Shown here piece by piece: positions 44,455 through 52,834 of a DNA stretch of 60,054 nt (positions within the stretch are counted from its first letter, which is position 1; each line of letters opens with the position of its first letter). Under the pieces are notes generated by a model, which worked only from the letters and a program-made list of their open reading frames with translations, was not told the DNA's origin and did no database searches. A program made the position numbers and the translations under genes. This DNA is from Candidatus Daviesbacteria bacterium RIFCSPHIGHO2_02_FULL_43_12 (lineage in GTDB: Bacteria > Patescibacteriota > Microgenomatia > Daviesbacterales > UBA10151), in the NCBI GenBank assembly GCA_001776775.1, contig MFDD01000015.1, positions 7,969-68,022 of the forward strand, written 5' to 3'.

Positions 44455-44543
44455 ACTCTGTGGAGGTTTTGTCAAACCACTACAAAGTACGCCCCCGGAA
44501 GGGTGTAGTAGTGGTAGTAGTTTTTCTATTAACTTTAAGCATT

Positions 44544-44713
44544 AAAAAATCCCTCCATTCATCAATCTGATGAATTTCGGGACCGGTTAAGGTGGTTCCA
44601 CCCGTAATTATTCTCTTTGACTTTAACGGAAGTTCTACCGAGAAGCTCCTAAGTTGGTGAGGCTTAATCAACACTTCTGAAAGAATTATACGAGGAGCTT
44701 ACCTTAAAGTCAA
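44544..44713 (-). promoter_or_regulatory. T-box-like riboswitch leader (promoter, short specifier hairpin, antiterminator, terminator)
   Basis: Read on the minus strand. Promoter: TTGACT (44713-44708), 17-nt spacer, TATAAT (44690-44685). ACC-A at 44658-44655. AAUUAC-GGGUGGAACCACC. Antiterminator: CGGG (44604-01) / 7-nt bulge UGGAACC (44600-44594) / ACC-UUAACC-GGU / CCCG (44581-78). The competing terminator 44581-44551 (8-bp AUUCAUCA/UGAUGAAU core) is followed by a U6 tract at 44549-44544. Confidence 0.6.
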
Positions 44714-44741
44714 CTTGAGTATAGGAATATTACACTCGATA

Positions 44742-45257
44742 TTATTTAGTGGCGGGGCTGTTTAGTAATCTCTTCATAAGACCTAAGCTAACGCCTAGCT
44801 GACCGGGTGATGCTAGACCAGTATAGGGCATATAAGAGCCGCCCCAATTTTTACTATGAAATCTAAAATTTGCAGCCCCTCCATGAGGAAGCCAGCACTC
44901 GTAAACATACCGTTGTCCGTCGGTAGGATATTTTGCGAATGCGACCACCTCGACCTTGGGTCCCCTCCTTGTGGTAGAGACATCAAATGCTCCAGAATAT
45001 CTTTCTGGATTATTTGATAAATCGACAAGTCGAGTGAAGGCACCAAAACTTTCTGTCCAGTCCTTATTCATAAGATCACTCCAGTCCAAAATTTCTTGAC
45101 CTGTTAAGGCAAATGAATGTGGATCTCCAGCAAGCCACCTGAGCGGTCTAGGCCAACGCATCCCCCTACCGGTAGCCCTGAGGTCTCTTATTGTAGTCTC
45201 GAGGGCTGATCTTACTTGGGGATCATCTACTTGGGGTAAGTCTTTACCACGTTTCAT
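44742..45257 (-). CDS. 171-aa orphan protein
   Basis: ORF. TGgTATAAT at 45274-45266 lies 8 nt before the ATG. W/R/G-rich. No motif recognised. Confidence 0.5.
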   Translation of the reverse strand: MKRGKDLPQVDDPQVRSALETTIRDLRATGRGMRWPRPLRWLAGDPHSFALTGQEILDWSDLMNKDWTESFGAFTRLVDLSNNPERYSGAFDVSTTRRGPKVEVVAFAKYPTDGQRYVYECWLPHGGAANFRFHSKNWGGSYMPYTGLASPGQLGVSLGLMKRLLNSPATK

Positions 45258-45310
45258 TAAAAAGCATTATACCAGATCTAAAATCAAGATCAAGTTTTGT
45301 AAGCTCCATT

Positions 45311-45556
45311 TTATGGGCCGGTTTTGGGTCGACTGATCGACTGGTTAATTGTCTGACTAATACTGGTCGCGATATTACCAAGAAAAGGAATATTGTTTAG
45401 GGTACTCAGAATCGCCAGCAGTAGAGCAATTAATAATGTAGCTCCGATCACCGAACCCACACCCCAGGCAACCCCCCCAAAAAAACTTCTGACCATAATA
45501 CTGCGTTTCGAGAAAACGCCATTTCCGGCTAGAATCTTACGAATCTCCGCATCCAT
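45311..45556 (-). CDS. Small membrane protein (DUF5665-like pattern)
   Basis: ...RSFFGGVAWGVGSVIGATLLIALLLAIL... single hydrophobic hairpin, 81 aa. Confidence 0.45.
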   Translation of the reverse strand: MDAEIRKILAGNGVFSKRSIMVRSFFGGVAWGVGSVIGATLLIALLLAILSTLNNIPFLGNIATSISQTINQSISRPKTGP

Positions 45557-45593
45557 TAAATAAAATATAACACAGAAAATATATTTTAGAAAC

Positions 45594-46622
45594 TTAAATT
45601 TTTAGAGGAAGAGAGAAATAAAAGGTGCTTCCTTTTCCTGGCTGAGATTCTATCCAAATTTTTCCGTGATGGTGTTTTATTATCTGGTTGGTAATATACA
45701 AACCAAGTCCTAAACCCTCGGATCTTTTCTTTTGAACATTTTTTGTCCGATAATAGCGGTCAAAAATCCGCGACTGCTCATCTTTGGAGATACCTAGACC
45801 ATGGTCACTGATACTGACAAGTATTGCCGCTCTTTGCCTTTTTAACTTTATCGTTACTTTTTGGGAATCAGGCGAATACTTTAAGGCATTGGTCAGTAAA
45901 TTAACTATGACTTGGCGAATCCGGTATTGATCTGCAGAGATAGTTTTTTTCGTCGACCCTATCAATTGAATCGTCCGGTTTGGTGTAATCAGTTTCTGGT
46001 GTAAAACAACCTCCTTTACCAGATCGTCAATCTCGAAGATATCCTTTTTATAAGTGAACTTACCAATCTCTATTTTGGTAATATCCAGTAGGTCGTTAAT
46101 AAGTTCTAAAATTCTGTCGGATTGGATATTTATTTGTTCGCCATATGTCCTTGTGCGTGCTTGTTGGTTGGCCTGTTTTTTATTTAAAATAGTAAGTTCG
46201 GCGAACCCTTTAATTGTGGCTAATGGATTTTTTAACTCATGCGAGACAAAGCCGATAAATTCATCTTTTTGATTTTCCATCTCATATCTAGCTTCACTGA
46301 CAATACTTATAATCGCCCCCTCAAGCACAAATATAGTGAGCATAATAAAATCTTTGGTAAAGAGAAAATATACTATCAAAGCCGATAAGGCAGTGGCAAA
46401 AATACCCGGACCTAACCCCCCGTACCAGGAACTAGCGACAATTAAAAACGATGTCAGTAAAAATGTAGAATTTTCTCCAAAAAAGTTATGAAAATAGTGT
46501 TTGAATAAAAATACAGCAATAGTCAAAAGAAGAGGAAGCCCGTATCTTTTTATCCGGTTCCTTTTTTGAAAGTGAGCCAACCGTACGAGGATTACTTTTG
46601 TCTTGTCCCATAAATCCTGCAC
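45594..46622 (-). CDS. Membrane sensor histidine kinase (orphan; no response regulator adjacent)
   Basis: H box FVSHELKNPLATI, N box ...NLLTNALKYSP, G boxes DHGLGI / GLGLGLYI. N-terminal TM helices. GTG start. Confidence 0.85.
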   Translation of the reverse strand: MQDLWDKTKVILVRLAHFQKRNRIKRYGLPLLLTIAVFLFKHYFHNFFGENSTFLLTSFLIVASSWYGGLGPGIFATALSALIVYFLFTKDFIMLTIFVLEGAIISIVSEARYEMENQKDEFIGFVSHELKNPLATIKGFAELTILNKKQANQQARTRTYGEQINIQSDRILELINDLLDITKIEIGKFTYKKDIFEIDDLVKEVVLHQKLITPNRTIQLIGSTKKTISADQYRIRQVIVNLLTNALKYSPDSQKVTIKLKRQRAAILVSISDHGLGISKDEQSRIFDRYYRTKNVQKKRSEGLGLGLYITNQIIKHHHGKIWIESQPGKGSTFYFSLPLKI

Positions 46623-46672
46623 AAATTATGCTACTACAGATTTAAACATAATGCTGTGATTTTGCTAACAAC

Positions 46673-46701
46673 TTGACATATACCCCAGGGGGGTGTATCA
46701 T
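46673..46701 (+). promoter_or_regulatory. csoR promoter with an embedded CsoR-type operator
   Basis: TTGACA (46673-78), 17-nt spacer, TATCAT (46696-46701). The spacer holds ATATACCCC-AGG-GGGGTGTAT (46678-46698), matching the GC-tract inverted repeat known for CsoR operators. Confidence 0.6.
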
Positions 46702-46708
46702 GGGTTTT

Positions 46709-46987
46709 ATGAAATCGCACTACGCCAATGTAAAAGAGAAAGCCCAAAAGCGTATTAATATCATTATTGGTCAGTTAGCTGGCTTGCAAAGAATGATCGA
46801 TAATGATGAATACTGTATTGATCTTCTCAATCAAAGCCTAGCAATCCAGAACTCTCTTCGAAGTTTAGATGCAGTACTTTTTGAAAGGCATTTAAAGACT
46901 CATGTTGCTCATCAGTTTGTAAACAAAGAAGAAAAAGCTGTCAGTGAGCTGATAACTCTATTTAAAAGGTTGTATGACACTAGATAA
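46709..46987 (+). CDS. csoR: CsoR-family copper-sensing repressor (ATG 46709 if leaderless; ATG 46700 is the alternative)
   Basis: ...INIIIGQLAGLQRMI.....C.DLL.Q..A....L.......HL..HV pattern with the conserved Cys/His. Confidence 0.85.
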   Translation: MKSHYANVKEKAQKRINIIIGQLAGLQRMIDNDEYCIDLLNQSLAIQNSLRSLDAVLFERHLKTHVAHQFVNKEEKAVSELITLFKRLYDTR

Positions 46988-47336
46988 AATCTTGGTTTTA
47001 ATAGGTTCTGTTTTAGGGATTGGCCTGACATATTGGTTTTTCTTAATGAAAAAAGAAAAAACAGTAGAAGTAATTTCTGATTCCGTGGATATTGTAGCGG
47101 AGGGAGGCTATCAGCCAGAAGTTATCTCCATTAAAAAGGGGAAAACGACTAAGTTGAATTTTTTAAGAAAAGATTCGAGCAGCTGCTTAGAAGAAGTTAT
47201 GTTATCAGATTTTAAAATCCGTAGATACCTGCCGTTAAATGAAACGGTTACTGTCGAGATTAGCCCACAAAAAACCGGTGAGTATAAATTTGCCTGCGGC
47301 ATGAATATGTTTCATGGAAAGATAAAGGTCGTTTGA
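46974..47336 (+). CDS. Membrane-anchored cupredoxin-like domain protein
   Basis: N-terminal TM helix, then ...[24 protein letters not shown]......F......L......[21 protein letters not shown]. Paralogous to the C-terminus of 49569-50585. Confidence 0.6.
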   Translation: MTLDKILVLIGSVLGIGLTYWFFLMKKEKTVEVISDSVDIVAEGGYQPEVISIKKGKTTKLNFLRKDSSSCLEEVMLSDFKIRRYLPLNETVTVEISPQKTGEYKFACGMNMFHGKIKVV

Positions 47337-47337
47337 T

Positions 47338-49566
47338 ATGACAGAGGTTAAACAGATATTTCCAATTAAAGGAATGCACTGTGCATCGTGTGTCGGACTA
47401 ATCGAAAAGTCTTTGACCCAAATGCCCGGAGTAAAAAAAGCTATGGTTAATTTAGCTACTGAACAAGCTACTGTGACCTTTGATTCAGATCTTTGCAAAG
47501 AAGAGCAGATTGTTTCAGCAGTAGCCAGTGTTGGTTATCAAGCGATGCTTGAACAAGATATGGTTTCAGAAGATCAGGAGAGAATCGAAAAAACCAAAGA
47601 GCTAAAAAAGCTAGGGATTAAGGTAGCAAGTAGTCTATTTCTCGGGGGACTTATTCTATGGGGCAGTTTTCCGGGACTGACCAATACTGCGCCAGGCATC
47701 TTAAAAATTTTTTGGGTACAACTACTTCTGGCTACTCCTGTCCAGTTTTGGGCTGGCTGGGATTTTTACAGAGCAACTATTCCTGCACTCAAACATAGAA
47801 CAGCGAATATGGATACGCTGGTGGCTTTGGGTACAACCGTGGCCTACCTCTATTCTGCATTTGTGACAGCATTTCCTAATGTGGTTATGGATTTAGGGTT
47901 AGAAGCGATGCCGTATTTTGACGTAGCAACCATCGTGATCGGTCTGATTCTTTTAGGGCGCTACTTTGAGGCTAAGGCAAAAGGGCAGACATCGGAAGCG
48001 ATTAGAAAACTAATTGGCCTTCAGGCTAAAACAGCCAGGGTGATAAGGGAGGATAGAGAGATTGATATTCCCATTGACCAGGTTAGTGTTGGAGAGATTA
48101 TCCGGGTGCGTCCGGGGGAAAAGATTCCGGTTGATGGAATCATTGTGGAAGGAGAGTCTTCGGTTGATGATTCAATGATCACAGGGGAAAGTATTCCGGT
48201 TGATAAAGCTAAAGGGGATATCGTTATTGGGGCTACTATTAATAAATCTGGCACATTCATCTATAAAGCTACTAAAATTGGGTCGGGAACCATGCTTTCT
48301 CAAATTATAAAGTTAGTTCAGGAAGCTCAGGGTTCTAAAGCTCCTATTCAGCGAATAGCGGATATGATCTCTGCTTATTTCGTGCCAATTGTTATCATGT
48401 TGGCATTTGCAACTTTTGCCACTTGGTACATCTTTGGACCAATCCCCACACTTCTTTATGCACTACTCAATACCGTGGCTGTTTTAATTATTGCTTGTCC
48501 CTGTGCCATGGGACTGGCTACCCCAACTGCTATTATGGTTGGTACAGGCAAAGGAGCAGAACGCGGCATTCTGATTAAAGACGCGGAAAGTTTAGAAATC
48601 GCTCACAAGATTAAGACTGTAATCTTTGATAAAACGGGTACTTTAACTAAAGGAAAACCCGAAGTAACAGATATTATCGCCCTAGGTCAGGTTACCGAAA
48701 ACGAAGTCCTTGCTCTGGCTGCCTCTGTAGAAAAAGGCTCTGAACATTCGCTGGCAGAATCTATTGTTCAGGAGGCGGACAAACGTGAGTTGAAATTGAC
48801 CCAGGTCACAAAGTTTAAGGCTATTGCCGGGCACGGCGTGGAAGGCGTTTTGGATAAAGCCCAAGTATATTTAGGAAACCGAAGGCTCATGGATCAAGAA
48901 AAGGTTTCTTTTTCGTCTGATCTTGCACAGATCGAAAAGTTAGAAACAGAGGGTAAAACAGTCATGATGTTGTCAGTAGATCACAAGCTCTCGGGGCTCA
49001 TCGCTGTGGCAGATACCATTAAAGAATCGGCTCATGCTGGCATAGAAGCCCTGGAAAAGCTGGGAATAGAAGTTGTAATGTTGACAGGAGATAACCAAAG
49101 GACTGCAAACGCGATAGCCAGAAAGCTAGGAATCACTAGAGTTTTAGCCGAGGTATTACCTGATACAAAAGCTTCTGAAGTCAGAAAAATTCAGGAAGAG
49201 GGAAAAGTGGTGGCCATGGTTGGCGATGGCATCAATGACGCCCCGGCCTTGGTTCAGGCTAATATTGGCATTGCCATGGGAACTGGTACGGATATTGCCA
49301 TCGAAGCTGCCGATATCACCTTGATAAATAAAGATCTAACTTCTGTGGCCTCAGCAATTCAACTCTCGAAAAAAACGATGCGTACAATTAAACTAAATCT
49401 TTTTTGGGCATTTGCCTATAACATTGTGTTAATCCCAGTCGCGATGGGAATGCTCTATCCATTCTTCAAAATACTGCTAAGTCCAATCCTGGCTTCGGTA
49501 GCTATGGCAACCTCTTCAATCTCCGTTGTCTCCAACTCGCTCTTGTTAAAAAGGAGTAGAATTTAG
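47338..49566 (+). CDS. copA: Copper-translocating P1B-type ATPase
   Basis: N-terminal HMA GMHCASC, TGES, CPC ([12 protein letters not shown]), [15 protein letters not shown]. Confidence 0.95.
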   Translation: MTEVKQIFPIKGMHCASCVGLIEKSLTQMPGVKKAMVNLATEQATVTFDSDLCKEEQIVSAVASVGYQAMLEQDMVSEDQERIEKTKELKKLGIKVASSLFLGGLILWGSFPGLTNTAPGILKIFWVQLLLATPVQFWAGWDFYRATIPALKHRTANMDTLVALGTTVAYLYSAFVTAFPNVVMDLGLEAMPYFDVATIVIGLILLGRYFEAKAKGQTSEAIRKLIGLQAKTARVIREDREIDIPIDQVSVGEIIRVRPGEKIPVDGIIVEGESSVDDSMITGESIPVDKAKGDIVIGATINKSGTFIYKATKIGSGTMLSQIIKLVQEAQGSKAPIQRIADMISAYFVPIVIMLAFATFATWYIFGPIPTLLYALLNTVAVLIIACPCAMGLATPTAIMVGTGKGAERGILIKDAESLEIAHKIKTVIFDKTGTLTKGKPEVTDIIALGQVTENEVLALAASVEKGSEHSLAESIVQEADKRELKLTQVTKFKAIAGHGVEGVLDKAQVYLGNRRLMDQEKVSFSSDLAQIEKLETEGKTVMMLSVDHKLSGLIAVADTIKESAHAGIEALEKLGIEVVMLTGDNQRTANAIARKLGITRVLAEVLPDTKASEVRKIQEEGKVVAMVGDGINDAPALVQANIGIAMGTGTDIAIEAADITLINKDLTSVASAIQLSKKTMRTIKLNLFWAFAYNIVLIPVAMGMLYPFFKILLSPILASVAMATSSISVVSNSLLLKRSRI

Positions 49567-49568
49567 AT

Positions 49569-50585
49569 ATGAATCTTTGGGTGATATTTTTAACCGGTTT
49601 AACCGTGGGCGGACTGACTTGTCTAGCAGTGCAGGGCGGCCTTTTGGCTTCTGTCATCGCTGCGCGCGAAGAAGATACTACAAGTAACACCAGAAGACAT
49701 GCGCTATATGCCACCGGAGTCTTTTTGGTCTCTAAGTTTATTGCCTATGTTGTATTAGGATTCATCCTCGGGGCTTTTGGCGGAGTTTTAAATATTTCTG
49801 GAAGTATACAGACCTATATGCAGCTGGCAGCAGGATTATACATGATCGCGGTTGCACTTAACCTTTTGAATATTCATCCTATTTTCCGCTATGTCATAAT
49901 TCAGCCTCCGCGCTTCTTGACACGTTTGGTCCGAAGCCAATCTAAATCAAAGGATATTTTCGCACCAGCCATACTGGGAGCAATGACTATATTTATTCCT
50001 TGCGGAACAACCCTGGCTATGGAGGCGCTAGCTATCAGTAGTGCAAATGCCTTTGTTGGAGCGTCCATTATGATCGCCTTTATACTTGGCACAGTCCCCC
50101 TTTTCTTTGGAGTTGGTTTCGTAACCTCTATTTTAGGAGACGCTTTTAGGTCTAAGTTCCTAAAGCTGGCAGCTGTTGCTGTAATTTATTTAGGGATTAC
50201 ATCGGTGAACGGTTCACTGATTGCTCTAGGCTCTCCTCTGACACTGCAATCTATTGCGGAGAATTTTCCAATTACCTTGGGCTCCGGGGACGGCAATACT
50301 CAAACCACAGCTTTTGTGACAACGCAAAATTCCGAGATTGTGATCACTGCCCGAGGCTATTCGCCAAATTACATTAAAGTTAAAAGAGGATTACCGGTAA
50401 CCCTAACACTCAGGAGCAAGGATGCCTTTAGCTGTGCTTCTGCCTTTAGAATCCCAAGTCTGGGAATAAGTAAAAATTTACAACCTAATGGGGTAGAAAC
50501 AATCTCTTTTACCCCTCAAAAGACTGGAAAAATTCCCTTTTCTTGCTCGATGGGTATGTATCGGGGGGTGATTGAAGTTATATGA
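49569..50585 (+). CDS. Polytopic membrane protein (DsbD_2/TauE-like, conserved Cys in TM1 and a PCG motif) fused to a C-terminal cupredoxin-like domain
   Basis: GGLTCLAVQGG and IFIPCGTT motifs. The C-terminus ...GYSPNYIKVKRGLPVTLTL.SKDAFSC...F.I........L.P.....ISFTPQKTGKIPFSCSMGMYRGVIEV parallels ORF 46974. Confidence 0.55.
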   Translation: MNLWVIFLTGLTVGGLTCLAVQGGLLASVIAAREEDTTSNTRRHALYATGVFLVSKFIAYVVLGFILGAFGGVLNISGSIQTYMQLAAGLYMIAVALNLLNIHPIFRYVIIQPPRFLTRLVRSQSKSKDIFAPAILGAMTIFIPCGTTLAMEALAISSANAFVGASIMIAFILGTVPLFFGVGFVTSILGDAFRSKFLKLAAVAVIYLGITSVNGSLIALGSPLTLQSIAENFPITLGSGDGNTQTTAFVTTQNSEIVITARGYSPNYIKVKRGLPVTLTLRSKDAFSCASAFRIPSLGISKNLQPNGVETISFTPQKTGKIPFSCSMGMYRGVIEVI

Positions 50586-50803
50586 GTAAAATAGTAAAAA
50601 AGAAGTTAAAAATAAAAGATATGCATTGTAGCTCATGTGCCATGAGTATAGATTTTGACTTAGAGGACCTGGAAGGTGTAAAAGTAGCCCAAACTAACTT
50701 TGCCAAGCAAGAAACAGAAGTGGAAGTCGATACGGAAAAAGTCACGGATAAAGATATTATAGAAACTATTAAAAAAACGGGTTATACAGCCATACTCGTA
50801 TGA
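50582..50803 (+). CDS. copZ: Copper chaperone CopZ (HMA domain)
   Basis: MHCSSCAMSI MxCxxC motif, 73 aa, ferredoxin-like length. Confidence 0.85.
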   Translation: MSKIVKKKLKIKDMHCSSCAMSIDFDLEDLEGVKVAQTNFAKQETEVEVDTEKVTDKDIIETIKKTGYTAILV

Positions 50804-50807
50804 AATG

Positions 50808-50880
50808 TGGGCGGTACAGGATTTGAACATGTGACCTTCTTCACGTCAAGAAGACGCTCTACCAACTGAGCTAACCGCCC
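50808..50880 (-). tRNA. tRNA-Val(GAC)
   Basis: The reverse complement folds as GGGCGGT-TA-GCTC-AGTTGGTA-GAGC-G-TCTTC-TTGACGT-GAAGA-AGGTC-ACATG-TTCAAAT-CCTGT-ACCGCCC-A. One T-stem mismatch. No CCA. Confidence 0.9.
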
Positions 50881-50929
50881 GATAGTCCAATGCAAATTCT
50901 AATCGAAAAAGGAAGCTATTGCAACAAAG

Positions 50930-51787
50930 TTATCCTACCCGATTCATCACATTATTAGCGTCTTCCATAGCCCCCCGTTGATTATTATGATCTACTTTGC
51001 CTTTGCCGCTTCCCGGCAGCACTACCGCCTCCTGTTTAACCTGCTTGCGAGGATCCTCTTTTGAGGCACTAAAGATAATCGTGGAAATATTTCTGACTTC
51101 TCCTCCAACCACGCCGGTTCTGTCTGCCATTGCTTGTTCGTTGACAACTCCACCCAAAATCCTGGCGCTATCCTTTTGAAAAGCCGCGTACTTTTGGTTT
51201 TCCAGTCTCGCCCGATCTGCTTCCTGCTGGGTAATATTCTGTTTTATAATTGCTGCCTTAGCTTTGACTTCCGTCTGCTTTTCAGTTGGAGGAGATACTT
51301 TTTTCTCCCCAATACCAAAGATCTGATAGACCAAGTCCATCGCTGCCTCTGATGTGGCCATAACCGCATTTCCAGCACCCGTCATAACTTTTTCGCCAGC
51401 TTTAGCCGAGACTGCTAAGCCCTCTAATATTTTAGCTCTTTTAAAAATATTCATGCGCTCTTGGTTAGCAGTTGAACCGTCAGAGAATCCAGCCAGAGAC
51501 CCCATCGATCTCATGGGGTGTTTTTCTAACATGACAGAGACCTCCGTCTTAGCTGCAGATAAATTAGCCGGGTCAGTTGACCATTCACTAGAGCTACTAG
51601 ATCCTAAGGGTTTAGCCTCGAAGGCGTTAGCAGGAGAGGCTGATGGGTTCCATGGTTCATTGGACCATCCGGAATTTGTAACATTTGAGCTGCTGGTACT
51701 AGCTTGAGTCAGACTGGTATTTTTTTCCCATTCCGAACCGTACTGATCCGACTTAGCCCAAGGTGTTGCTGGTAGTGACGTAGCCAT
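50930..51787 (-). CDS. 285-aa orphan protein with an S/W-rich N-terminal region
   Basis: ORF with recurrent (S/G)(E/N)(P)W tryptophan motifs (SEW, GWSNEPW, SEWSTDP), then a charged helical region. Confidence 0.45.
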   Translation of the reverse strand: MATSLPATPWAKSDQYGSEWEKNTSLTQASTSSSNVTNSGWSNEPWNPSASPANAFEAKPLGSSSSSEWSTDPANLSAAKTEVSVMLEKHPMRSMGSLAGFSDGSTANQERMNIFKRAKILEGLAVSAKAGEKVMTGAGNAVMATSEAAMDLVYQIFGIGEKKVSPPTEKQTEVKAKAAIIKQNITQQEADRARLENQKYAAFQKDSARILGGVVNEQAMADRTGVVGGEVRNISTIIFSASKEDPRKQVKQEAVVLPGSGKGKVDHNNQRGAMEDANNVMNRVG

Positions 51788-51867
51788 AGATTACTTCGTT
51801 TGTATCCGATAGTATATTGATATTTTACCTCTTTATGCTCTAAAGTCAAATGAAACAAGCTTTCTCT

Positions 51868-52602
51868 TTACTGACCACCTTCTTTGGTGAATAAAAGTTC
51901 TGCAATCGGTACTCCTGAGTTAGTAGGTTTGCCGCAAATTAAAACTCGCAAACAGCTTTCTTGCATAAGTTGCACCATTGTCTGCAGATCTTCTGGAAAT
52001 CCGTCAACCACCCTCATAATACCTATCCCCCCATCTCTTAAAATACGAGAGTACGCTAGAATTGCTTCTAAGGGTCGATGAAAGGCTACGCCAAAACTAT
52101 CAAAGATAAAGTCAAATCTATCCGGAGTCGTCAGACTATATGTACCAAGGTCCCCCACCACTATTTTGTCCATTTGAAACCTTGGATCTGTATTTTGCGC
52201 TTCGGTAGCATGTGCCTGAGTAAGTGTGATGCCCGATGTAGTAATCGCGTTACCTAAACCTTCGAGGGTTTGGCCATCTAAGGATCGTCTCCACGCTCTT
52301 ACTTCCGATGGTTCAAATTTATTTAGCATTGTTGGATCAAACCTAAATTTAATACCTCTTTTCAGATCTCCTGACGCTCTTCCCTGACCACATCCCCCCT
52401 CGAAGACATCGATAACTCTTCCGGGATTTTGTAGTGTGGCTTGAGATAAATGGGCAAAGTGGTTAAATGGGAGATACCCTTCGTTTAGAGCATGACTAAT
52501 GCCACGATCTACCCGATAGGATGTTCCCTCGGGAGTATGGTCTAAAGCTTGTAACCTAGAATATGCTTGGGGGTTTCTTAAAGCTATTTCTTCAATAAGC
52601 AT
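51868..52602 (-). CDS. Class I SAM-methyltransferase-like orphan (start at the ATG 7 nt after a consensus promoter)
   Basis: VIDVFEGGCGQG (motif I-like), ...FDFIFDSFG..., ...LRDGGIGIM... (motifs II/III-like). Confidence 0.5.
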   Translation of the reverse strand: MLIEEIALRNPQAYSRLQALDHTPEGTSYRVDRGISHALNEGYLPFNHFAHLSQATLQNPGRVIDVFEGGCGQGRASGDLKRGIKFRFDPTMLNKFEPSEVRAWRRSLDGQTLEGLGNAITTSGITLTQAHATEAQNTDPRFQMDKIVVGDLGTYSLTTPDRFDFIFDSFGVAFHRPLEAILAYSRILRDGGIGIMRVVDGFPEDLQTMVQLMQESCLRVLICGKPTNSGVPIAELLFTKEGGQ

Positions 52603-52609
52603 AAAGCTA

Positions 52610-52638
52610 ATTATAGATAAATGCTGATCGCATGTCAA
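52610..52638 (-). promoter_or_regulatory. Consensus sigma70 promoter implying a leaderless mRNA
   Basis: TTGACA (52638-33), 17-nt spacer, TATAAT (52615-10), then 7 nt to ATG (52602). Confidence 0.55.
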
Positions 52639-52678
52639 CCTACTATAGGATATAAAAAATTGTTACAGAGTCAAAAAG

Positions 52679-52761
52679 TGCCCAAGAGAGGACTTGAACC
52701 TCCACGCCCTTACGGGCACATGATCCTAAATCATGCGTGTATACCATTTCACCACTTGGGC
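52679..52761 (-). tRNA. tRNA-Leu(UAG)
   Basis: Class II tRNA: GCCCAAG acceptor, anticodon arm CATGA-TTTAGGA-TCATG, long variable arm GCCCGTAAGGGCGT, T loop TTCAAGT, discriminator A. Confidence 0.9.
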
Positions 52762-52834
52762 CTGTTTATTATGCATCCCAAGTGTTGAAACAAGTTTCTC
52801 CTTGGGCTTGCCGTATTTTATCAGAAAAAAGATA

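Noticed and set aside
44480-44674. 64-aa TTG-initiated ORF ending in TTTTTTPFRGRTL.
   Set aside because: It spans the T-box-like antiterminator/terminator and the following hairpin. It has no SD and a low-complexity end. The region is better explained as structured leader RNA.
50881-52834. A bona fide integrated mobile element at the tRNA-Val/tRNA-Leu pair.
   Set aside because: No integrase or recombinase gene is present, and I could find no direct repeat of the tRNA 3' ends. The only match is a 7-nt CTTGGGC at 52800-52806, which is too short to count.
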